DNA of 47,961 nucleotides from Octopus bimaculoides. Lineage: Eukaryota. Both the position numbers and the translations under genes were made by a program. The stretch is taken from the NCBI RefSeq assembly GCF_001194135.2, contig NC_068989.1, forward strand, positions 15,932,845 through 15,980,805, read 5' to 3'. Below, piece by piece: positions 37,471 through 47,961 of this stretch; the stretch's first letter is position 1; the number at the start of each line of letters is the position of its first letter. Under the pieces are notes generated by a model that did not search any database, was not told the DNA's origin, and was given only the letters and a program-made list of their open reading frames with translations.

Positions 37471-38019
37471 AATATATTGTTCTATAATTTTTTTCATGAG
37501 AATCTTTGTCATAGATAAGTGCTCGGTCCACCCAAATTTTCATGCAAACATCAGGAACCCTCTTTGTTGATACTCTCTTCTCCAAAAATAATGTGTGATA
37601 TTGCCAAAAATTGGAGTGCTTTTGCCCAGAACATTTTACTCATTATGACCTGTGATGGGAGTTTAAAATGTTCACTAACAGCAACAACATTTACACACAA
37701 AGTGCTTGTTTTGACAGAATATATCTATTTTATACAACAAACTGAAGCGCCGAGTGAGTTGGTATTTCACAGAAAATAAAGGAAATCTCGAACGCGGAAT
37801 AGCTACGAAAACAGCTCAGAAGATCGGGTTAAATAATCTTAGAAAGCAGAATAAAAGTGGCCAGCAAGAAGCCGCTAGAGAGAATCGAACTTTGTACGTC
37901 TTGAATGCCAACTGAGCGCTCTGTATCATTAAGATAAGTTACCCTGTTGGTAAGTACAATCTTTTGTAACGCTAAATGTCTTAAAATGACAAAAATACTT
38001 TGATTTATTAGAATGATCA

Positions 38020-38270
38020 CCGTTTTTTCGTCACTTGAATCTACACTACTTTAGTTCGTAGCCAATATTTTTGACAACGTTTTCCCCATAAGATTCTTCT
38101 CATAGTGCTCTTTCATTGTATAGTTTTCTATTACAATAGCTGAGATATTTTGATTCAGAGTCAATTTTGTGGATTACCATTATTTTTCCTCACTTAAAGC
38201 CACACTACTTTTTTCATAGACAATATTTTTAATGAGGTTTTCACCAAAAGATTCTTCTCAATGAGCACAT
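38020..38270. repeat. Diverged two-copy tandem repeat, period 158-159 bp
   Basis: cactt..acactact..caatattttt..agattcttctca at about 38030-38102 and 38190-38260. Confidence 0.7.
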
Positions 38271-38306
38271 TCTTTTAAACCCAATTAATTTATGCTGTTC
38301 TTTTAA

Positions 38307-38522
38307 CCCTTTAAGGTCGGATATAAATAGCAAGTCTTTTCATGCGGTACGCAAAAAAAAAAAAAAGAAAAAATACAAGATGATAATTAATGAAATAGCT
38401 TATAATGCAAATGTGCCTTATATACTACACCCGTCTTCAGAATTTAGCAGTGTGTCATTAAGCCACACCTGTGTTCTGCCGAAGAAAGCTTGTTTCAATA
38501 AGCCACACTCGGCCTTAAAGGG
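38307..38522. mobile_element. piggyBac-type MITE (216 bp)
   Basis: TTAA at 38303-38306 and 38523-38526; TIRs CCCTTTAAGGTCG / CGGCCTTAAAGGG. Confidence 0.8.
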
Positions 38523-39340
38523 TTAAAATAATTGACATATTTTAATTCAAAATCAATTTTTCGCTTTATTTTCCCTATTTCTTACTTNNNNNNNNNNNNN
38601 NNNNNNNNNNNNNNNNNNNNNNNNNNNNNNNNNNNNNNNNNNNNNNNNNNNNNNNNNNNNNNNNNNNNNNNNNNNNNNNNNNNNNNNNNNNNNNNNNNNN
38701 NNNNNNNNNNNNNNNNNNNNNNNNNNNNNNNNNNNNNNNNNNNNNNNNNNNNNNNNNNNNNNNNNNNNNNNNNNNNNNNNNNNNNNNNNNNNNNNNNNNN
38801 NNNNNNNNNNNNNNNNNNNNNNNNNNNNNNNNNNNNNNNNNNNNNNNNNNNNNNNNNNNNNNNNNNNNNNNNNNNNNNNNNNNNNNNNNNNNNNNNNNNN
38901 NNNNNNNNNNNNNNNNNNNNNNNNNNNNNNNNNNNNNNNNNNNNNNNNNNNNNNNNNNNNNNNNNNNNNNNNNNNNNNNNNNNNNNNNNNNNNNNNNNNN
39001 NNNNNNNNNNNNNNNNNNNNNNNNNNNNNNNNNNNNNNNNNNNNNNNNNNNNNNNNNNNNNNNNNNNNNNNNNNNNNNNNNNNNNNNNNNNNNNNNNNNN
39101 NNNNNNNNNNNNNNNNNNNNNNNNNNNNNNNNNNNNNNNNNNNNNNNNNNNNNNNNNNNNNNNNNNNNNNNNNNNNNNNNNNNNNNNNNNNNNNNNNNNN
39201 NNNNNNNNNNNNNNNNNNNNNNNNNNNNNNNNNNNNNNNNNNNNNNNNNNNNNNNNNNNNNNNNNNNNNNNNNNNNNNNNNNNNNNNNNNNNNNNNNNNN
39301 NNNNNNNNNNNNNNNNNNNNNNNNNNNNNNNNNNNNNNNN

Positions 39341-39459
39341 CGACATTACCTTTAATCCTTTCGAGGTCGACTAATGAAGTACAAGTGGAACACTGGGGTC
39401 AGAGTAATATACTAGTCCCCTCCTCCAAATTTTCAGGCCTTGTACTTTTAGTAGAAAGG
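39341..39459 (+). mobile_element. SINE family A 3' part (5' in gap)
   Basis: cctttcgaggtcga...ctggggtc...ggccttgtactttagtagaaag. Confidence 0.65.
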
Positions 39460-39525
<66 letters not shown>

Positions 39526-39527
39526 AT

Positions 39528-40052
39528 CTTTGTACAGCTTTTAACGCTGCAGATATACTACGGTGCCAGCAGTTCACTACCAGTGAATTGAGGTAACACC
39601 CCTTATCTTTCGAGCACCATCCGGAGCATTCGAGCAGTTCCAAGCAGTGCTGTTTTCTGCTTGTGCTCCACCCTTATTGCAGCCCCTATTTGTTCCATGT
39701 ACTTCTCAAGATTTTCACTCACTGTTCCCATGGCTCCGACAATTATTGGTACTACTACTACCTTTTTCAGCGACCACAACTGTCATATCTCTCGACTTTT
39801 CTTTCTTCCTTATCGCATACCTTGTTGTCAGCTGGACATGCTATATCTTATGATCCAGCATGGTTTGCTTCCTTTCTCAATTAACACTATATCTGGTTTC
39901 TTATTCTCTATCTCATGGTTGCACTGAATTATAAAATCCCAAAGGATCTTTGCATTATCATTTTCGATGATGCCTCCGGGTTTATGTTCGTGGACAATCC
40001 TTGCTATGTTGTCATGACGTCTCTTATATTCTTTCTGGGATAGTGGCGTACA
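39528..40052 (-). mobile_element. 3' fragment of an RLE-type non-LTR retrotransposon (R4/Dong-like)
   Basis: CTPLSQKEYKRRHDNIARIVH..ENDNAKILWDF..KKPDIVLI, then after a frameshift DIACPAD..VVPIIVGAMG..QKTALLGTARMLR-stop: RHD and PD..D restriction-like endonuclease motifs. Flanked on both sides by TAA/TAG/CAA triplet repeats. Confidence 0.88.
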
Positions 40053-40078
40053 TACTACTACTACTACTACTACTACTG

Positions 40079-40110
<32 letters not shown>

Positions 40111-40469
40111 ACTACTACTATTATTATTATTACAAAATCTTCCAAATGTGATATTGTATGATATAAATCTGAGATGGTAGGATGCCAATAAATGTTTTAT
40201 TATTGTTCTCTTCAGTTTTGGACCGAACGCCCAATTAGCGCTCCACAGGAGCTAGCCTAAAAGTCCGCATGGAGTTCAGCTTTTACGCTAGTATTGTATA
40301 AAGCCTAAAAAACAATAAGCAGTTGATCGATACAGATTGAAATGTGTCTGGTCTTTAAAACAAATTGGTGAAAATAATCATTTACGGTCTCACTTGATCC
40401 CTTCAGCGAAACATTCTGTTCTGCTCGGTTGGTAAGATTTTATGGGTGGACAATATAACGGTTTCGAAT

Positions 40470-40650
40470 TTTGGAACAAGGCCAACAATTTCAGTGGGGG
40501 GGGGGGGTTAAGTCGATTACATTGATCCCAGTGTTCAACTGGTACTTATTTTATTGATCCCCAAAGGATGAACGGCAAAGTCGATTTTGACAGAATTTGA
40601 ACTCAGAACGTAAAGGCAGATGAAATGCCGCTAAGCATTTTGTCCAGCGG
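40470..40650 (-). mobile_element. SINE family A copy
   Basis: Reverse complement: ggtacttattttattgatcccc...aatttgaactcagaacgtaa...aatgccgctaagcattt. Confidence 0.8.
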
Positions 40651-41135
40651 GCTTACCTCGCCGCCTTAAGAGTGATCAATATAACGACAGCGTCTAAGGT
40701 AAGTAATATAAGGATTTTTCACAGAGAACTGCTTGGATTTTCGTTGTGACTTCTTTTTGGGGTGTAGTATACGTTCTCCATTGTCATTAGGCAAACCAGC
40801 TAAGTGGAGCTTCTTAGAGCCGGACTGTCTGCAAACTGTACTTATTAAATGTCTTCAACTCAGCGCTGCAATTTAACCAGTCAATATTATTATACGTGAC
40901 AAATAAAAGATCCTCACATATTTTGTGGTATCTTGATTTACTAGTTATAGCAGTCAAATCAAACTACGTTGTCTTGAACAAGGAAGACATTGAATACATC
41001 TATAAACAGTGAATTGGCGAAGCCATAACCTCGAATAGAGTGCATTTGTTCCAGTTCCTAACGGACTGAGTTCAAATCCAGCCGAGGTCCACTTTGCATT
41101 TAATCCTTCCGTGGGCATTAGTAATAACTGAAGTT

Positions 41136-41170
<35 letters not shown>

Positions 41171-41373
41171 GTCTGTCTATTCTCTGCTCAGTTTTCCCTC
41201 TCTCTCTTTAGTAATCAACTACGTCACGAGAGAGAATGGTTGTTGTGTGTGTGTGTGTGTGTGTGTACGTACTACGTATCTGTCATTGTCCAGTTTTATT
41301 TCAAGATTTCTTGCCAATAGAAAAAGACGGTTTCATTGGAAATTCAACATCAACAACAGTGTATTTTTGCTTG

Positions 41374-41407
<34 letters not shown>

Positions 41408-41995
41408 TATGCTACTGAAACCGTCTGGGGTGGACCGATCTCCAGCATAGAACGGAAATAAAGAAGAGATGGATTGCTTATGGCAGAAATACTTTTTGAT
41501 GTATTTATGCTAGATCAAGGTCGATATGAGCCTAAACAACAACAAGAAACCAAGCAATCACAGAAGCAAGCAAAGGAACCTCAAACCAAACCAGATAATG
41601 GGTTACAGAAGGATAAGAAATGAATAGTTTCTCTGAAGATGCCATGTGACCAAGAAGCTCCATAGTAGTGGTAAAAAGGGTGAAATAAGGAGACAGTACG
41701 TCTGACATGCCTAGTTATACTATATGCAATGAATTCTCTCGTCGACGTCGACAAATGTGAATCTAAGAAAGATTTGTCTGGTTTCTTAAGCAAGTGCAAC
41801 AGCCATGTCATGGTTCTTACTATTTATCTGCAGCATTTTTTATTTACATTTCTAGTTTTTTTCTTCAATTTTTTCCCCCATTTTTGTGATTAGCGAGAGA
41901 AAATAAAGTTATCAATCAAAATGAACATGCACTCGTTGACTTGCAAATTGCATGCCCGGTCATAAATTGGTTTAAGTGCATTTATGATAAATTTA

Positions 41996-42063
41996 CTGAA
42001 TAAATTCTTTATGAATGCTGCCTAATGCTGAATAAATTCTTTATGAATGCTGCCTAATGCTGA
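41996..42063. repeat. Exact 32-bp tandem duplication
   Basis: ctgaataaattctttatgaatgctgcctaatg twice. Confidence 0.9.
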
Positions 42064-42534
42064 GCTTAGAATACATATTTTCGATGCATTATGTGTATTT
42101 TTTTTTCTTTACAGAAAGGACTGTATATTTTTTATTGATTGATTGCAGTGACTCAACTGTTTTATTTAATTTTTGAATAAAATGCTATATTTAACAGCTA
42201 AAAGTGGAGGGATCAAATACAGATAGATTGCCATGATAAATTAAAATGTGATGTTCTCTCGGTCAAGAAAACATTCACTAAATAAATAGTTATATAAATA
42301 AATATCATAAATTTTGTTTTCGCTCATTATGAATTTATTCCATATCACATTTTGTGAAGAGCGTCGTTGGTTACAAGTTTCGAACGGGGAAATCACTGAT
42401 TTACTACATTGCTGATAGCGTGAATGACCAGGGAACATCTGGTCAACTCGGGCGGAACAGATATCATGTGAAACCTCGATCGAAAAGTCCAGCTGTTTGG
42501 CTTTCAAACCGAAGATTGTATGTATGTATGTATG

Positions 42535-42565
<31 letters not shown>

Positions 42566-44094
42566 TACAGAACCGTATTTTACCCCCATTTAAGAAATTT
42601 ATTATCAATTCAGTTAATCAACATATAACTGAGAACCAAAAATGCAAGTCATATGCTTCCATTTGAGCAGCAGACATTTTCTCTTCAGATTTAATCACCA
42701 ATAGAAATATTGGTGTGCGATTACAAACTCAATTAAAAAGGGGAAAAAAATCGAAAAATGGTAGCGCAGTATATGAGATCAGGATTGATTTGCATTAGTT
42801 TTATTTTCCAAAGTTTCATATAATATTGAATTGTAGGAGTATTATATGAAGATTTCTTCCCTCTAACAATATATATAGTGGAAACTGATATTACCTAGAA
42901 ATACATCACTTTCCAAAATATAGCATTTTTTATCTGGATCACCTCACATTCAGCTAAATTTTGTTTAGCTACAAATGGACACATTCCCCTGCGTCTTCAT
43001 GGTACTTTGCAAGACTGGTAAAACTACATGGTTATTACATTAGAGACCATCCCAACAAATAATGCATAATGTAACTCATGGTTCTGACACGTTGTTCTTT
43101 TTGAGAAGCTGTCTTTCCATTTGCTAGGTGGTTTTCGGCTTGTATCCGCACCAGAAGGTAGCTGATCATATTTTCGCCACTGTGTTTCTTTCATCTCATA
43201 AGTTAATTGTTCCTATGTCGAAAGTTAATTCTGGATTTGATTGCATCAAACAAAGAAGTGATGAACATCCTACTGTAGAGGATGCACGTCATTATTTGGT
43301 GACAAAAGTATGCCTACATGATTCAGATATTCTTTTTGCAGTCATTGAGATCCAGGTTCAATCCCACTGCTCAGCATCTGGGAAAAGTATCTTCCATCAG
43401 AGACTCAGATCGACCAAAGTTTTAAGTGAAAATGAATAGACATTGATTAGACTATACCTGTTTATGTGTGGTAGACTTGATGCTCCGATCAGTTTAGCAG
43501 CGTCACCAGACCCCTGGGTGACCTATAGCAGAGGCACATAGACCAGATCACGTCTGAGGACAAATATGGAGATGCAGTTTCTTCCACTAGACCTAACACA
43601 ACAATCAGTCTCAAAGATCTTTTAACTATCGTCATGGGCATTGCTCTTCCTCCGCTGACCAGGCCATCGTTTTTATATTTTTAATGGTAACATTGTCATG
43701 GGAAGAATTTAAAATTGCACATTCTTCAACAAGTAAAACAAAATGCTTCGAACTTATTAGTAGATTTAGTTAGGATCTTAAATCGATAACTGATCCCCGT
43801 CGTTGGAATCGTAACTGGTAGATGATCGCTATGTCGGTTACCTGTGATCGTCGGGCGTGATCATCTGTTTGTGATGCGGTTGATTCACTAATTGCAGCTG
43901 TCTCTACTCATCTCGGGTAAATGCCAACTTAAGTACAAAACTAAAGTGTTGTCTATATACACCGAGACTTTTTTTATCACCTGGTCAGCTTTATAAACAG
44001 ACATTCCAGTTGTGAACAACCCACCTTTTTTTTCTAAACATGATGCGTCTCCGTTTATAGAGCATTGTCGGTTAATACTGACCATGCATCTACA

Positions 44095-44285
44095 CGTGTT
44101 TCTTTTATCTTTTACTCGTTTCAATAATTTGAACTGTGGCCATGCTCGGGCACCGCCTTGAAGGCTTTAGTCGAATTCGATCCCAGTAGTTAGTTTTAAG
44201 TCTGGTGTTTATTCTATGGATATCTCTAGCTGAACCGCTAAGTTACGAGATCATAAACAAACCAGCACCGGTTCTCAAGCAGTGA
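44095..44285 (-). mobile_element. SINE family B 3' part
   Basis: ggccatgctcgggcaccgccttgaagg...ctgaaccgctaagttac, reverse of the family B 3' end. Confidence 0.75.
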
Positions 44286-44319
44286 CACACACGCACGCAC
44301 GCACACACACACATACACA

Positions 44320-44500
44320 TCTTCTCGGCTTGGCTTCACAAGCGAAGATTTACAGAAAGGGATGTCCATGTCTGTTGTAGGTTTACTGATGCCCAACAAG
44401 TCTGATTCGGGAGAAACAAATTGATCACAGAAGCTGCGTGGGAAGGTAGGCTGCTCAGGATTGGTTGTTTCGACAAAGATCCTCATCAATCAAGGAAGAA
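44320..44500 (-). mobile_element. RTE LINE 3' stub (third subfamily)
   Basis: Minus strand with one frameshift reads TFPRSFCDQF..FSRIRLVGHQ (cf. RTE C-terminal TFPCxxCxRxCxSRIGLVSHQR), then aaatcttcgcttgtgaagccaagccgaga, an end I recall from RTE elements. Confidence 0.6.
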
Positions 44501-44740
44501 GAATCGCTCAGAAGATAAAAAAAAAGAGCAAAGGGAAAGGACAAGAGACAGAAGAGACAACTGATTTTAAAAGCATGCCTATCTAGCGTTTCCGTTTTGT
44601 GAAGAGGAATGGTCTTAGTCTAAGGACTAGAACCAAGTTTGCTCAGAAGATGCTTGATGCTTATGAAGAAAAGATTCTTAAGTTTCCTCCCCTGCGCAAT
44701 GATGACACGCAAATTTGTGAAGCGTTCCATATTTTTCAGG

Positions 44741-44935
44741 CGCAGGAGTGGCTGAATGGTAAGTAGCTTGCTTTCCAGCCACATGGTTCCAGGTTCAGTC
44801 CCACTGTGAGGCACCTTGGGCAAGTGTCTTCTACTATAGCCTCGGGCCGACCAAAGACTTGTGGGTGGATTTCGTAGACGGAAACTGAAAGAAGCCTGTC
44901 GTGTATAAATATGTATGTATGTATGTATGTATATG
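44741..44935 (+). mobile_element. SINE family B 5' half
   Basis: Head and CORE-like segment closely matching the 23290 copy. Confidence 0.88.
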
Positions 44936-45185
44936 TTTTCTGTCCAGAAAACGGAGGTTGGGGTACGGTGGAACCCACAGAAATTTCACCCCCACCCCCA
45001 ACATTTTATAGAAATACGTTTTTGAGAGTGGGAATTACATAAGATTGAAAATTCAAACAACTTTAAAAAGAAGAGGACATACTAAAGTTATAGAAATTAG
45101 CGGTAACAACAAGAATGTATCTCTTGGAGAATTTTGTGTTTGTGTGAAACAAGTAAAAGTATAATTTTAAAACAAAATATTTTAC

Positions 45186-45330
45186 GTTTAGTTCAAATTC
45201 CGCCGAGGTCAACTTTGCCGTTCATCCTTTCAGGGCCGATAAACTAAGTACCAGTTGCATGGTGGAATTGATCTAATCGACTAGCCCCCTCCCTCAAAAT
45301 TTTGGGTCTTGTGCCTGGAGTAGAACAGAA
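45186..45330 (+). mobile_element. SINE family A, 5'-truncated
   Basis: gttcaaattccgccgaggtcaactttgcc...cttgtgcctggagtagaa. Confidence 0.85.
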
Positions 45331-45741
45331 TTTTAAAACAAAATATCTTTTTCATACCTCTTAAAATCACTGGATATATTAATCCCAGATTGTAGAATAG
45401 ATTCAAATGGTATTGAGTGTTTTAGATAAAAAAAAAAAAAAGCTTCACTTTCCCTTTGCGACTCTAATCGAAATTGAGAGAATCAGTTTTCTCTATGTAC
45501 AAAGAATCGATTTAAAATAACTATATCTTAAATGTTATGTGAGAAAAGAAATATATTCTAATGGGAAAATATTGTATCTTTTAAAAGCATCCTTAATTTA
45601 CATATTATATCTTGGGTGTTTAACAAAATAAAAAAGAAAAGAAAACATTTATCTTCCCTTCATAGTACTATGCATTTGTTTGTGTGTGCATGAGAGAGAA
45701 AGAGAGAAAGAGAGAGAGAGAGATGAAAAACATATCGTAAG

Positions 45742-45888
45742 CATCATCATCGTCGTTTAATGTCCGCTTTCCATGCTAGCATGGGTTGGACGATTTGACT
45801 GAGGACTGGTGAAACCAGATGGCTACACCAGGCTCCAATCTGATTTGGCTGAGTTTCTACAGCTGGATGCCCTTCCTAACGCCAACCG
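45742..45888 (-). mobile_element. Dispersed retroposon family C 3' end with (GAT)n tail
   Basis: catcatcatcgtcgtttaatgtccgctttccatgctagcatggg...gctggatgcccttcctaacgccaacc; related copy at 46893. Confidence 0.65.
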
Positions 45889-46034
45889 TTTAAGATATTT
45901 TTAATTTCATTTATGTCTCCCCTCTCTTTCATAGAAGGCCTTTTCTTTCTTACTATATCCATAGTCTCTCATCTCTTTCTCCACACAAAAATTAAAAGCA
46001 TTACCCGATACGTGCGGGTGCACCTATCAAAATT

Positions 46035-46116
46035 TACCATATCCATTACAAAACCTTTTTCCCAAATTTTAAGCTCCAAAAAGTAGGGGGTTCCTTATAC
46101 ACGTTAAAATATGGTA
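46035..46116. mobile_element. Possible internally deleted pogo/Tc-mar MITE
   Basis: TACCATAT...cttatacacgttaaaATATGGTA resembles TACCGTATTTT-type termini; only 8 bp of TIR preserved. Confidence 0.35.
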
Positions 46117-46892
46117 TTTATTACTGTTTACCATCAAATCAAATTTGATGCAACATACCTCAATGACCAAAAGCGTTAGTTGTGATTTGGGTTTTATAAT
46201 AATAGAGATGCAGAAAGTACATCGTACTTAAGCCCTGAAACTTTCTGCATCTTAGTAAATGTTTGCATATATTCAAGACAAACATTTATAAAAAGTAACT
46301 TTGTTCCCATTAATAAAATTCCTCTCAGTATATCTTGTTCCACTTTTTAGTAAAAGAGCAGTGTGTGTTTTGAGGGAGATTTCACTATTGTTTCTTGCTT
46401 AGTTGAGTGAACGTCTAGAGTGGCCGTGGACAACCTGCAAACCGCAGGACTTTCTGAATGGTACACCTAACGAAAAGTTAATTTGAACTTCTTTGGTTGT
46501 GCAGACCATATAATGATGCATTATGTTTCATGTGGCCCACTTCTCAAAAAGGTTGACTCTTGAGATTCCTCCTTCACATAGATGTACATATACATAGTCA
46601 ACTCCAGTTACCAGAAGTTTTAGTTTTGTATTCCTTGTTTAGACTTAACAGATTTATAAAACTAAAGGCAATTCAATCATGATTATCCTGCATTACATTA
46701 AGAGATATATCCAGATCTACATCATCCTATATGTTCTTAAGACAATAGAGTGATTTGAAGATTTGATTGTCATTTGTAGCAACTTGGGAAAATATGTAGA
46801 GATCCCCTCATTCGTTCATATCTACTATGGTAATGAAAGATTCAACGTTTGTGTCATAGATGCAGTGCCCCACTAGAAACCAGATACATTAT

Positions 46893-47120
46893 CATCATCT
46901 AATATCCATGTTCCTTGCTAGCATGGGTGGGATGGTACCACACGAGCCGGCCAGGCTGAAGTCTGCACCAGACTTCTGTGACTTATGGCAGGATGCCCTT
47001 CCTAACACCAACCCCTCAGCAGACTGGATTTAGTGCTTTTATGTGGCACAAGCACAAGCGAGGTCAGTTTTGGTAAGGTTTTTACAGCTGGATGCCCTTC
47101 CGAACACCAACCACTTTACA
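46893..47120 (-). mobile_element. Dispersed retroposon family C, second copy
   Basis: catcatc...ttccttgctagcatggg...gatgcccttcctaacaccaacc...cagctggatgcccttcc. Confidence 0.6.
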
Positions 47121-47204
47121 ATGTGGCCTGATACAAATTGCTTGTATGAAATACTCCATCTCCTCAGACACATGGTGTACAGTCGAAAATTTTCCAATTT
47201 ATGG

Positions 47205-47395
47205 CACATGGCCAGCAATTTTGAGGAGGAGGGAAGTTGATTACATTGACCCCAGTACTCAACTGGTACTTATTTTTTGAATACAGGAGTTAAATGCAAA
47301 AACAACCTCAGCAGTATTTGAACTCAGAACATGAAACTGTAAGAGAGGCTGCTAATCATTTTGGCTAGCATGCTAACAACTCTGCCAGCTCACAG
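47205..47395 (-). mobile_element. SINE family A copy
   Basis: gaccccagtactcaactggtacttattt...tttgaactcagaac...ctctgccagctc in reverse orientation. Confidence 0.75.
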
Positions 47396-47961
47396 CCTTT
47401 CCGAGGTAGAAAATATTTAATTCACATTTTTGTTACAATAATTTTATTGAAATACACTCCCTTGCCTTTGCTTCAATTGAGAATAATGAAGAATTGATTA
47501 AAACAACTTGGTCAATATTAAGCTAATGTTTGGAATATAAATTAACATGAAATTCTGATAAAAGATTTTAATTTAGATCACATTAAAAAATAAATTTGTA
47601 TTGGAGAAGCAAAAGTGGCCTCAAACAGATTGGTATCAAAAGATTTCAATCAAGGGGTACCGACATGGCATGTACTTAAAAATGCATCTCAGAACTATGT
47701 GATTTTTGGGCCCTGACCAACCTCACAGTACATTGGCTAAATGGCTTCTCTACTGGAAATGAAATGCAATGAGCTAATAAAGAGCCCATTAAAAACTCAT
47801 AAACCAACAACAATATTATTTTGAAAAGAAAAAAAAAAAAAACACAAACTGAATTGCATTTTTATTCATTGTTTTTTATTTATCATTTTTTTTAATTTCA
47901 TTTTTTTTTCTTCTTTTTTTTTAAATTTATATTACAAGAAAATAGAAACATTTTCTGAAAT

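Noticed and set aside
45799-45815. CTGAGGA-CTGGT-GAAAC
   Set aside because: No stem II possible; part of a family C retroposon with an alternative local hairpin.

Overview
AT-rich, gap-riddled (many N runs) eukaryotic non-coding DNA dominated by microsatellites and transposable elements. The SINE families and decayed C2H2 zinc-finger array resemble what I recall from octopus (cephalopod) genomes, but the organism assignment is inference. No intact protein-coding gene is visible; nearly all ORFs in the track are simple-repeat or N artefacts. Recognisable content: a 5'-truncated RTE LINE with three C-terminal C2H2 fingers plus two short RTE 3' stubs; an R4/Dong-type RLE retroelement fragment; a second RT remnant; mariner, pogo/Tigger and hAT transposase remnants; several MITEs, one with a perfect central telomeric palindrome; about 20 tRNA-derived SINE copies; and a degenerate C2H2-ZNF array interrupted by a SINE with a 15-bp TSD. 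The main unexpected signal is four type I hammerhead-ribozyme motifs (578-728 +, 7630-7689 +, 24620-24717 +, 33241-33340 -) in otherwise unrelated sequences. All have a minimal self-complementary stem III, and two sit in 343/353-bp head-to-tail repeat units. This fits retrozyme/Penelope-like, potentially circular-RNA-forming mobile elements. Structures were folded by eye and activity is untested; most element ends are approximate.
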